64,000 bases of DNA from Mobula birostris (lineage: Eukaryota), in the NCBI RefSeq assembly GCF_030028105.1, contig NC_092375.1, positions 32,339,130 to 32,403,129 on the forward strand. The letters run 5' to 3'. Shown piece after piece: positions 52,531 to 64,000 of this stretch. The position numbers were made by a program, and so were the translations under genes. How positions within the stretch are numbered: the first letter of the stretch is position 1; each line of letters opens with the position of its first letter. The notes below the pieces were generated by a model, which made no database searches, was not told where the DNA came from, and saw nothing but the letters and a program-made list of their open reading frames with translations.

Positions 52531-53049
52531 AGGGTTCTCATTCCTGGCAAATAGGGCCCAGAAAACCATGTGTTTTTGAAAGGTTTTACGTGTAACCTCC
52601 CACCCAAGCTTTGTGTGTTAAATAGTCGTATTTATCAAGCCGCCGATTGGAGGATTGAGTCTCAGCGCTGCTTTTATATCACGCCTAGGAAATTATACGT
52701 TCACCAGAAGACTGTATTGTAATATTGGTTCGTTTTGCAAGCCCCAACAACAGCTCCCAGTATTACGAGGCACGTTGGGTGGCGTATTAGCTAGTTGAAA
52801 TCAGTAGAGCAGACCGGGATAACCGCGAAGAGTGGATGGATCTGTTTTTCTGCAACAGCTTGAGTTATCTAGAGTCCCAGAGTAATACTGCACAGAAATA
52901 GGCCCTACGGCAACAAATTGGTCCACGCTTGTCTCCATTAGCCCCGGCTATAGCAACCTCACACATCAGTATTTGGATAGTAAATGATTGCAATAACAAT
53001 ACTATTTAGAAATGATGTTATTTTTCAGTCGTATTTTTGAAAGATTAAT

Positions 53050-56000
53050 ATCAAGAGGCAAGGGGATTAAGAAGTCAGCTCAGGGCTTCCCTGTGGACAT
53101 TCCTCTCAGCAACAAGTATACCTCTTTGGATACTTCTGGGGAGGATGACCCATCAGATCATGCAGCAGCAGCAGCAGCCAGGCTGATGTCACTCCAGCTG
53201 GTTTCTGAGGCTCAACAGAGAGGGATAAAGTCAGGTAATGCAGTCGTCATAGGGGACTCGATTGTTCGGGGGACTGAAAGGAGATTCTATGGCCGCAAAA
53301 GAGACACCAAGATGTTGTGTTCCCTCCTGGATGCTAGGGTCCATGGTGTAACGGAGCAGCTGCAGGATATTCTCAAGGGGGAGAGGGAGCATCTAAGAGG
53401 TCCTACGCAGTGAGTACATAGAGTTTAGGAAAGAGGCTAAAGAGACGGACCTCCCAGGTAGTAATCTCGGGATTACTCCGTGTGCCATGGACTAGTGCAG
53501 GTAGGAATGGGGTGATAGCATGGGTGAATGAGTGGCTGCGGAGATGGTGCAGGGAACAGGATTTCAAGTTGTTGGATCATTGGAACCTTTTCTGGGGAAG
53601 GTGTAATCACTACAAGAGGGACAGTTTGCACCTGAACTGGAGGGGAACTGATATCCTGGCTGTGAGATTAGCAGGTACTTCTCAGGAGAGTTTAAACTAG
53701 TTGGCAGGGTCTGGGAACTAGAGCCCCAGGTTAGTAAGTTAAGAATCGGACTTGTAGGTAGATGCCAAGGAAAGTATTGAAAGGCAAAATTGAAATAACA
53801 GATATGATAGGTTGGACAGATTGAAGTGTGTTTACTTAATGCTGGGAGTATTTTGGTTAAGTGTAATGAATTTAAAGCATGGATCTCTACATGGAAGTAC
53901 TGAAACTTGGTTGAGAGAGGAGCAGGAATGGGTGATTAATGTAATATGTTTTTGAAATTTTAGAAAAGATGGAGGAAAAAGAGGTGGGGGATTTGTACTA
54001 CTATTGATGGGATTGTACTACAGACCCCCTAATCGCCACTGGGGCATTGCAGAACAGATATGTAAACAGATTAAGGAAATGTGTAAACATAATAGGGTTG
54101 TTGTCATGGTGGATTTCAACTTCCCTGTTATAAACTGGGATATTCTTAGTGTAAGGGGTTTGGAAGGGGCAGAATTTGTTAAATGGATCCAGGAAGGTTT
54201 CTGAAATCAAAATGTGGATGGTCTAACAAGAGGAGGGGCTGTACTGGACCTGGTGTTGGGTAATGAGCCTGGCCAGGTGACTGACCTTTCATTGGGTGAA
54301 CAGTTAGGGAACAGTGACCACATCTCTTGAACGTTAGGACTTCCATCGATAAGGATACCTATGGTCCTTGTGAGATAGTTTTAAATTGGAGTAGGGCAAA
54401 ATACAATGAGCATTCGGCAGGAACTAAGAAGCGTTTTTTGGGAACACCTATTTTCTGGCAAGTCCACATCGCACATGTGGAGGGTGTTTAAAGAGCAATT
54501 GCACAGAGTACAAGAACGGTATGTTTCTGTTAGAAACAAGGACGGGAATGGAAAGATCTCCAGAGAGGTGATGAATTTAGTCAAGAAGAAAGAGGAAAAG
54601 TACGTAAATCTTCAGAAATTAGGATCAAACAAAGCACACAACGAGTATAAAGAAGACAGTAAAGAACAAAAGAAAGGAATTAGGAAAGCCAGGAGCGGCC
54701 ATGAGAAGGCCTTGGCAAGTAGGATTAGGGTGAATCCCAAGGCATTTTATGCATACGTCAAGAGTAAGAGGATAACTAGGGAGAGAGTGGAACCACTCAA
54801 GGATAAAGGGGAGAACATTTGCTTGGATGCAGAGATGTGTGTGAAGTCCTTGATGAGTACTTTGCTTCTATATGTACCAAGGAAAGGGGATATGGAGAAC
54901 CAAGAGATCAGTATTGAGTGTATAAATATGTTAGAGCGTTTAGAGGCCAAGGAGGAGGAAGTGTTGGCCCTCCTAATGAGTATTTAGGTGGATAAGTCCC
55001 TGGGGCCTGATGGGAATTACCTCAGGTTATTGAAAGAGGCAAGAGACAAGATTGCTGGGCCCTTGAACAGTATCTTCGTGTCTTCTGTAGCCACAGGTGA
55101 GATTCTGGAGGATGGTGAGTGGCTAATACTCTGTCTAAGAAGGGAACAAGGGAAAATCCTGGGAACTGTACACCAGTGAGTCTGACACCAGCTGCAGGGA
55201 AATTGCTGGAGAAAGTTCTTAGGGGTAGGATATATGAGCATTTGGAAACCCATGGCCTAATTAGGGAGAGTCAGCATGGCTTTCTGCGTGGCAGCTGGTG
55301 CCTTACCAACCTGGTTGACATTTTTGACAAGGTACTGAGAGAGATTGATGAGGGTAGGGCAGTGGATGTTGTCTACATGGATTTTAGTAAGGCATTTGAC
55401 AAAACCCCTCATAGGCTAATCCAGAAGATTAAGGTGCATAGGATCTGTGGTGAATTGGCTGTTTGGAATCAGAACTGGCTTGTATATAGAAGACAGGGTA
55501 GTAGTTGAAGGAATTTCTTCAAGCTGGAAATCTGTAAGTAGTGGAGTTCTGCAGGGATCTCTGCTGGGACCTCTGCTGTTCGTAATGTGTATAAATGACC
55601 TGGATGAGAATGTAGATGGGTGGGTTAGTAAATTTGTGGATGATACCAAGATTGGTGGAGTTGTGGATAGTGTAGAACAGTGGTCCCCAACCACTGAGCC
55701 GCGGACCGGTACCAGGCCACAAAGATGTGCTACCGGGCCGCGAGGAAACGATATGATTTGGAGATATGAAACAATGTGAGTCAGCTGCACCTTTCCTCAT
55801 TCCCTGTCACGCACTTGAACTCGTCGTTCCCCCCCCTGTTGGCCAGACCACAAGAATATCATCAATATTAAACTAGTCTGCGGTGCAAAAGAGGTTAGGG
55901 ACCCCTGGTGTAGAAGACTGGCAAAGAATACAGCACAATATAGATCAGTTGTAGATGTGGGCTAAGAAATGGCAGATGCAGTTTAACCCAGATACATGTG

Positions 56001-56650
56001 AGGTGTTGCACCTCAGTAGGGCAAACGTAAGCCAACAGTATACCGTTAGGGTGAGATCCTTAACAGTGTTGCTGAGGAGAGAGATCTTGGGATCCAAGTT
56101 CATTACTCCTTGAAAGTGGCCACACATGTCGATAAGGTGGTTAAGAAGGCTTATGGTATGTTTGTTTTTATTAGTCGAGGCACTGAGTTCAAAAGTCAAG
56201 AGGATATGTTACAACTTTATAAAACTGGTTAGGCCTCATCTGGAGTATTGTGTGCAGTTCTGGATGCACAGATCTGATAGAAGTTTACAAGATTATGAGA
56301 GGCAGAGATAGAGTGGATAAAGAATATCTGTTTCCCAGGGTTGAATTGTCTAATAACAGTGATGATGCATTGAAGGTGAGAGGGGGTATGCTGAAGGGGG
56401 ATATGAGGGGAAGGTTTCTTACTCAGAGAGTGGTGGATGCCTGGAATGCACTGCCTGGTATGGTGGTAGAGCAAATACATTGGAGGCTTTTAAGTGACAT
56501 TTGGATAAGCACATGGATGTAAAGAAGATGGAGGGATATGGACATGGTGTAGGTAAGAGGGATTAGTGTTTTGGGTGTTTTTGATTTTTTTTTAGCTGGT
56601 TCTGCACAGCATTGCTGACTGAATGTCTTGTTCTTGTACCGTGCTGCTCT
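53050..56650 (+). mobile_element. Near full-length degenerate CR1 LINE (ORF1 SGNH esterase, ORF2 EN-RT)
   Basis: IPLSNKYTSL, VIGDSIVRG and DSLHLNWRG (ORF1); YYRPPN, DFNFP, GNSDH, DKSLGPDG, QHGF and KFVDDTK (ORF2); CR1 3' UTR. Confidence 0.92.
55678..55907 (+). mobile_element. 230-bp hAT-Charlie MITE inserted in the CR1 RT domain
   Basis: TIRs CAGTGGTCCCCAACC / GGTTAGGGACCCCTG and a perfect 8-bp TSD GTGTAGAA (55670-55677, 55908-55915). Both ends match the ends of 23808-25775 in reverse. Confidence 0.93.
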
Positions 56651-57012
56651 ACATGGTTAAGATTTGTTGAACAGCTTTTTCTACAATGCTTCATTTATTT
56701 CAATCTTTCTCTGTTATACTTTTATTATTCGTAAGACAATGAATACACGTAAATAAGGACATCATTTTTTCCTTAGAAGTCCATAATTATTTTTACTAAT
56801 TTATTAATCAATGATAATCTCTGCTCAAAATTACCATGGCACATGAGAGAATTTCTTAGATCATTACCAATTCAGGCACACATTCTCAAAAAGGTTCACC
56901 ACCCCTGCTCCAAGCACTCACCTCCCTCTGTGTAAAGAAGTTAGATTTTTTTGCACTGTTTCTTCATTTGTGTATTTTTTAAATCATGAATAAAGCCTAT
57001 TTTTGAAATAAA

Positions 57013-57600
57013 AGATGTGGTCAGCACAGGAGGTCCTGCAGACACCCTATGAGGGGAATTCTATTGATACGCGGAGTGATTCCCTGAACAAATTGTCCAA
57101 ACCATCTGGCAGAATGCCTCTTCACCAGATCTCATCAACAAGCACCAAGACCTTGGCTAGTGGTGAGAGGGGCCACTCACAGTTAGATCTTTCCCCGTAT
57201 CACCCCCAACGCACGCTGCCCTTCGGATGGCTGCGCTGGAAGAGAGACGGTCACCCATCTCTGCAGACTGTGAATTTGCCCAGAGGGTGTAAAGAAGGAT
57301 GCAAGGGTCTGTGTCCTAATGCATCTCCAGCAGTTCCTTAACAGAGGTCTCCCTGGTCTGTGGGATGTCCCAGAATCACACATCGAGACAGGCATTAAGT
57401 GCTACTGGAAAGACGTCAACTCGGAGAAACAAGCTGTTTGGTCTGCTCGAAACTTGTTGGTCTTCCAGCACAGTCTGTATGGGAATGCTGCATGATTGGC
57501 ACAGTCCGGCTGCAGGAACATGCAATGTGGAATGCACTGAAGCTCAGCGCAGCCAATGCTAAGGTTCGGTGGGGAAGGACCACAGTCTAGGTTCCTTCTG
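57013..57600 (+). mobile_element. Tx1/L1-like LINE 3' fragment
   Basis: Frameshifted CPSDGC..ETVTHLSADC CCHC finger and WSARNLLVFQH. Confidence 0.6.
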
Positions 57601-58079
57601 CTCCTATGCACAGAAGGTCTAAGTAGGAGAGAAGAGTGTACGAAGAAAATATAGTGGGAGCATTCCTGAACAAGAAATCACTTAAATTTTTAAAACAAAA
57701 TCAGAAACTGCTAGAAATCTTCAGCATGTTAGGCTGAAGAACAAAAAAGATAATGTTTCAGGCTTGACATTTCATCATATGAAAAGTTATAAACCAAATG
57801 CACTGTAAAATGAAAACGAAGAGAGGACAAACTGAATGCGAGAGATGCAGTGCAGGCAATATGGTGACTAAATGACACTTGTGATGGTCGTGCTGACAGG
57901 GTGAGGTTGGCGAGGGTTTGTTAACGGCTGCTGATCGACCTGGGGATGGATGACAACAGAGGAATGAAGAAATAGCTTGAACCATAATGTCCAGTTGCTG
58001 AAAATGTGAAATACAACAGCATGCTGGGAAGGTCTTCCACTGAGACCATATGGGCAGATCTCAGAAATGAAAAAGGTGC

Positions 58080-58790
58080 TAACACTTGTTATTGGGATTG
58101 TACTGTGGCTCCCAATGGCTAGTGGGAGATATATGTGGGTAGATTATGGAAAGATGATAAAGCAACAGAATTGTCATAGTAGGTGACTTAAATTTCCTTA
58201 ATATGGACTTGGTCCTCCTGAGTGCAAGAGGATTAGATGGGTCAGATTTGTTAGTTGCATCCAAGAGGCTTTCTTAAAACAGGATATAAATAGTTTCAAA
58301 CAGTGACAGGGCCATACAGTACCTTGTGTATTTGGAAGTGAGCTTGGCCTGGTGCTTAGAATTTCAGTGGGAGAGGAATTTGGGAACAGAAATCACAACT
58401 TTGTGGGAGGTTGGGGGAGGCAGTGTTAAATTTTGGACAAAGTAATTTACATCATTACAAGGCAGAGTAGATTGGGAGCAGCAGTTATTGGGCAAGTCCA
58501 TGTCTGACATGTGGGAGTCATTTAAATTCAAGATGATCAGAGCTCAGAATTGGCATGTTCCAGTGAGGAAGAAGGACAAGGGTGGCAAGAGTTAGGAATC
58601 TTGGAGATGTGGCAAATTTAGTTAAAAGGAAAAAGGAAGCATGCGTAAGCTTTCAGAAGGTGAAATCAGTCAGGGCCCTTAAAGAATATAAAGACAACAG
58701 GAAAGAACTCAAACAATGAATCATGAGAGCAAAACAAAATGACCTTGGTGAATAGGATTAAATAAAATTCCAAGGCATTTTATACATACA
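58080..58790 (+). mobile_element. Degenerate CR1 ORF2 (endonuclease region) fragment
   Basis: Parallels 54000-54750 (ataggtgacttaaatttcc, caagtccatgtctgacatgtgg, ccaaggcattttat). Confidence 0.7.
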
Positions 58791-58964
58791 TTAATCTCCC
58801 TAATCCCTAATGCACTGGAAAACTGATATAAAATGCTTGTATATATTATAAGGATGAAATTGGTTTAAAGAAATATGATCACACATGAAGTTATTTTCAT
58901 GTATAGAAGGTCTGAGGTGATCTTAGGATAAAGGTTGTAAAACTGACCAATATGTCAAATTTAT

Positions 58965-60590
58965 AACACTACAGCACAGAATCAGACCCCTTGGCCCACC
59001 TAGTATGTGCGAACTATTAATCTCCCTAATCCCTTTGAGCTGCACCTGGACCGTAGCCATCCATATTCCTCCCATTCATGTACCTATCTAAATTTCTTCT
59101 AAATATTGAAATTCCACCCACCACCACCACTTGCACTAGTAGCTCATTCCACACTCTCACCACCATCTGAGTGAAGAATTTCCCCCTCCTGTTCCCCTTA
59201 AATATTTCATCTTTCATCCTTAATCCATGACCTCTGCTTGTAGTCCCACCCAACCTCAGTGGAAAAAACCTGCTTGCATTTACCCCAGCTATACTCCTCA
59301 ATTTTGTGTACATCTGCCACTTCTGTGCCCATTCTCCCAATTTGTCCAAGTCCTTCTGCAGACTCTCTGCTTCCTCAATACTGTATTACCTGCCCTCCAC
59401 TTATCTTTGCATCATCTGTAAACTTGGCCATGGAGCCATCAATTATGTCATTTAAATCGGTAATGTATGACTTGAAAAGAAGCTTCCCAATACCAAGCCC
59501 TGTGGAACACCACTTGTCACTGGCAGCCGACCTGAATAGGCCCCCCTTATTCCGACTTTCTGCCTCCTGCCAATCTGCCAAGCTTCTCTCCATGCTAGTA
59601 TCTTTCCTGCAGCACCATGGGCTCTTAGCTTGTTAAGCAGCCTCATATGCGGCACCTTGCCAAAGGCCTTTTGAAAATCCAAGAAAACAACCAACTGAAT
59701 TTCCTTTGTCTATCCTGCCTGTTATTTCCTCAAAGACTTCCAACAGATTTGTTAGGCAAGATTTCCCCTGAAGGAAATCATGCTGACTGTGGCCTACTTT
59801 ATCATGCAGGCTGAAACCTCATCCTTAATAATGGATCCCAACATCTTCAACTAACTGGCCTATAATTTCCTTCCTTCTGCCTCCCTCCCTTCTTGAAGAG
59901 AGGAGTGACATATGCAATTTTCCAGTCTTTCAGAACCATTCCAAGATCTAGTGATCATTGCCAATGCCTCTACAATCTCTTTAGCTACCTCTTTCAGAAC
60001 CCTTGGGTGACTTGTTTACCATCAGACCTTTCAACTTCCCAAGCACTTTCTCTTTCACAATAGCAACTACACTGACTTCTGTCCCCTGACATTCTTGAAT
60101 ATTTGGCATACTGCTAGTCTCTTCCACAGTGCAGACTGATGCAAAATATTTAAGTTTGTTTGCCATCTCTTTGTCTCCTGTTACTACCTCTCCTGCATCA
60201 TTTTCCAGCTTAATGATATCTGCTCTCGCTCTCTTTCTACACTTTATGTATCTGAAAAAAAAACTTCTGGTATTCCCTCTGATATTTTTGGTTAACTACC
60301 TTCATATTTCATCTTTTCTTATGTTTATTTTAGTTGCCTTCTGATAGTTTAAAAAATTTCCCAATCCTCTAACTGCCCACTAATACTTGCTATATTATAT
60401 GCCTTCTCTTTCGCTTTTATGCTATCTTTGACTTCCCTTGTCACCAATGGTTGCCTCATCTTTCCTTTCGAATACTTCTTTATTTTTGGGATGTATTTAT
60501 CCTGTGCCTTCTGAGTTGCCCCCGAAACTCCCGCCTTTGCCGTTCTACCATCATCCTTGCTCGTGTCCCCTTCCAATCAACTTTGGCCAG
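58965..60590 (-). mobile_element. Degenerate CR1 LINE with internal deletions
   Basis: LDFQKAFGKVPHMRLLNKL, KFTDDAKI and WNELLVQVV; related to the 1800-3000 copy. Confidence 0.85.
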
Positions 60591-61169
60591 CCCCTCTCTC
60601 CTGTGTACCTCCAACTCTCTTGTACACCTCTATCAAGCTGTCTCCCATTCTACTTTTCTCCAAAGAGAAAAGCCTCAGCTTGCTGTGCTCCACATGGACA
60701 TGATTGCTTGAAGGGCCAGTTTCTGTGCTGTATGATTCTATATAAAGTGTTTTGGGACATTTTTGCCAAACTTATTCGGGACCTCAGTCGACACAAACAT
60801 TGGAGAGGAAAATTGGATCAGCCATGATGAAATGGCGGAGCAGACTCAATGGGCCAAATGGCCTAATTCTGCTCCTTTATCTTATGATGTTATGGTGTAT
60901 TTATTGTACATGGAAGTCCTTGGAAAAGATTGATGTGGCAGATGCACTTGAGAAATGTTAATGCAATAATGTTCATTTGCCAGCAGGTGGTAGTGTTGTA
61001 TTCTGTATCGTAAGTAGTTGTAGTGCATCAGACAATTGTGTCGAATTTTATGTATTGTACTGCCAATGTCCCCACCCATTCACATTTATCTGAGCCAGAT
61101 GCAGAGGACTGCTTGTGCTGATAACTTTGACACTCAAATGTTTAAAATAAAACTCACATTTTAAAAAGC

Positions 61170-62402
61170 AGGGCCTTATTAGGGATAGCTAGCATAGCTT
61201 TGTGAGCGACTGGTCATTTCTCACAAACTTGATGCGTTTATGAAGATGATTGATAAGTGTAGGGCGGTGGATATTTTCTTCAAGGAATTTAGTAAGGCAT
61301 TTGACAAGGTCCCTCAAGACAGGCTGATGCACAAAATTAAGATGCATGGGATCCACTATCACTTGGTAGAATCAATTTAAAATTAACCTGGCCACAGAAA
61401 ACCGAGTATAGTGAATCAGAATCAGGTTTATTACCACTGTCTTACCACAGTAAAATTTCCTGTTTTGGGGCAGTGGAAGTGTGATGTTATTCTTCAGGAG
61501 TTTTGTGATAAGCAATGTTCCACAGAGATCTGTGTTATTTTAATTATATGAGTGATTTGGATAAAATATAGATGGGTTGACGCAAGTTTGCAAATGACAC
61601 AAACATTGGTGGTGAAGAAGGTTGTCACAGATCACCTGCAGACAGCATGAAGAAATGGCAGACAGAGCTGAATTCAGGCACATTTGATGTGTTGCACTTT
61701 GGGAGGACACTAAGAGAACTGGATGTACTGAGGGGTCTTGGGGTTCAAATCTATAGTTCCCTGAAAGTGGCAACACCTGTAACGTGTGGTAAAGAAGGCA
61801 CATGACATGCTTTCTTTCATTAGTCGTGCCGTTGAGTGTATAAGACAGGAAGTTATGTCGCAGCTGCATAAAACATTGGTTAGGCCGTGTTTGGAGTATT
61901 GAGTTCATTGTAGGAAAGATGTGAAGGTTTTGGAGAAGGTGCAGAGGAGGTTCACAAAAACCTTGCCTGGATTAGAGAGTAGAGGTTAAGGGAGAAGTTT
62001 CTCTGCAGTGTTGGAGGCTGAGGGGAAATCTGATTGATGTTCATAAAATGATGCGAGACACAGATAGGCTAGATAGAGTCAAGCCACTTTCGCAGATTTG
62101 GAATGTCTATACTGGAGCATATACATTTAAGGTGATAGGAGGAAAGTTAAAAGGAGAGATAGAGGACAAGTTTATTTTAATACAGAGAGAGGTAGGGCTG
62201 TGAAACATTCTGCTGGAGTGTTGGTGGGAGAAAATACAACAGTGGTGTTTCAGAGGTGTTTAGACAGGCATAAGAGCATGAAGGAAATGGAAGGATGTGA
62301 ATCGTGCATTCACATGGGAGTAGTTTCACTTGGCATCATGGTTGGCAAAGACATTGTGGGACACAGACTATATTCCTGTGCTGTACGGTTCTGTGTTCTA
62401 TA
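61170..62402 (+). mobile_element. Highly degenerate CR1 LINE 3' half
   Basis: 'tttagtaaggcatttgacaaggtccc', 'gtgcagaggaggttcac', and tail ttctgtgttcta. Confidence 0.75.
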
Positions 62403-62920
62403 ATTTTAAATACTATTTGTAAATGAATTAATTAAGCACATGAAAACACTAGGAAATAATTAAAAAATTGAAGTACCATTGGTTTAAAAAAAACTTATTT
62501 TCTCCTAATCTTCAGCCTTAGAATCCCTATTTAGTTGAATGGGCTTCAATCCAATGCCATAGGAACTGAGAAACTACTTTTCCAGCATGAAGTAGAGCGA
62601 TGGAATTTATTTGTGTGGAAGCTAAGGAATCCTATCACTTTCATTCTGGACTTTGATGTCTTTTTTTTTGCATTACTTTTTGTGATATTATTTGATCCAG
62701 TGGACCATAACTGCAGAAGGTGTGGAGAAAGGTTAATTTGAGAATTCATTACAGCTGTATTTCACATTTTCTGATTTATTCCTTCAGGATAATCATGGAT
62801 GGATGTGATATCATTAGTTACCACCTCAAGTGGAGCTTGTGGTTATCAAAAAAGCGTCATTATCTCCATGTTGACTTTTGTTATGAATGTTCTGTTATGG
62901 AGAAGCAGGAGCATGAGTGA

Positions 62921-64000
62921 TCAACACACATCAAAGTTGCTGGTGAACGCAGCAGGCCAGGCAGCATCTCTAGGAGAGGTGCAGTCGACGTTTCAGGCTG
63001 AGACCCTTCGTCAGGACTAACTGAAGGAAGAGTGAGTAAGGGATTTGAAAGTTGGAGGGGGAGGGGGAGATCCAAAATGATAGGAGAAGACAGGAGGGGG
63101 AGGGATAGAGCCAAGATCTGGACAGGTGATTGGCAAAAGGGGATACGAGAGGATCATGGGACAGGAGGTCTGGGAAGAAAGACAAGGGGGGGGGACCCAG
63201 AGGAAGGGCAAGAGGTATATTCAGAGGGACAGAGGGAGAAAAAGGAGAGTGAGAGAAAGAATGTGTGCATGAAAATGAGTAACAGATGGGATACGAGGGG
63301 GAGGTGGGGCCTTAGCGGAAGTTAGAGAAGTCGATGTTCATGCCATCAGGTTGGAGGCTACCCAGACGGAATATAAGGTGTTGTTCCTCCAACCTGAGTG
63401 TGGCTTCATCTTTACAGTAGAGGAGGCCGTGGATAGACATGTCAGAATGGGAATGGGATGTGGAATTAAAATGTGTGGCCACTGGGAGATCCTGCTTTCT
63501 CTGGCGGATAGAGCGTAGATGTTCAGCAAAGCGGTCTCCCAGTCTGCGTCGGGTCTCGCCAATATATAAAAGGCCACATCAGGAGCACCGGATGCAGTAT
63601 ATCACCCCAGCCGACTCACAGGTAAAGTGTTGCCTCACCTGGAAGGACTGTTTGGGGCTCTGAATGGTGGTAAGGGAGGAAGTGTAAGGGCATGTGTAGC
63701 ACTTGTTCCGCTTACAAGGATAAGTGCCAGGAGGGAGATCAGTGGGGAGGGATGGGGGGGGAACGAATGGACAAGGGAGTTGCGTGGGGAGCGATCCCTG
63801 CGGAATGCAGAGGGGGGGGGGAGGGAAAGATGTGCTTAGTGGTGGGATCCCGTTGGAGGTGGCGGAAGTTACGGAGAATAATATGTTGGACCCGGAGGCT
63901 GGTGGGGTGGGAGGTGAGGACCAGGGGAACCCTATTCCAAGTGGGGTGGCGGGAGTATGGAGTGAGAGCAGATGTACGTGAAATGGGGGAGATGTGTTTA
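62921..64000 (-). mobile_element. Penelope-like retroelement (GIY-YIG endonuclease end and terminal repeat), continuing past the window edge
   Basis: The minus strand at ~63630-63500 reads TFTCESAGVIYCIRCS*CGLLYIGETRRRLGDRFAEHLRSIR, followed by a pyrimidine-rich 3' region and 'gatgctgcctggcctgctg'. Confidence 0.88.

Noticed and set aside
62700-62735. HNCRRCG as a FYVE zinc-finger motif
   Set aside because: It lacks the R(R/K)HHCR context and the other cysteine pairs in a consistent frame.

Overview
This is eukaryotic vertebrate genomic DNA, AT-rich and heavily filled with transposons. The mix of CR1, V-SINE, Penelope, Rex1 and hAT-Charlie repeats suggests a cartilaginous fish such as a ray or shark (inference). 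Two spliced protein-coding genes can be reconstructed on the minus strand. (1) The first three coding exons of TBC1D23 lie at 33850-33783, 15120-15009 and 6165-6060, and the gene continues past the left edge. (2) A complete 7-coding-exon gene (ATG 49685, TGA 38978; 939 nt, 312 aa) has all GT-AG introns in phase. Its C-terminal ~190 aa resemble the Cut8/Sts1 nuclear-proteasome tether fold, a family generally regarded as absent from mammals. Its N-terminus carries a canonical APC/C D-box, basic NLS-like clusters and a CDK consensus site, and E2F/CCAAT motifs lie near its 5' end. This gene is the main finding. A third, divergent plus-strand promoter and first exon (ETS, CRE half-site, RFX X-box, donor at 52524) lies ~2.3 kb further right. 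Almost all ORFs in the supplied track are decayed LINE or DNA-transposon fragments or noise. Other notable structures are nested insertions with readable target-site duplications (TSDs), a ~320-bp-arm inverted repeat just upstream of TBC1D23 exon 3, and an inverted pair of CR1 copies bracketing TBC1D23 exons 2-3.
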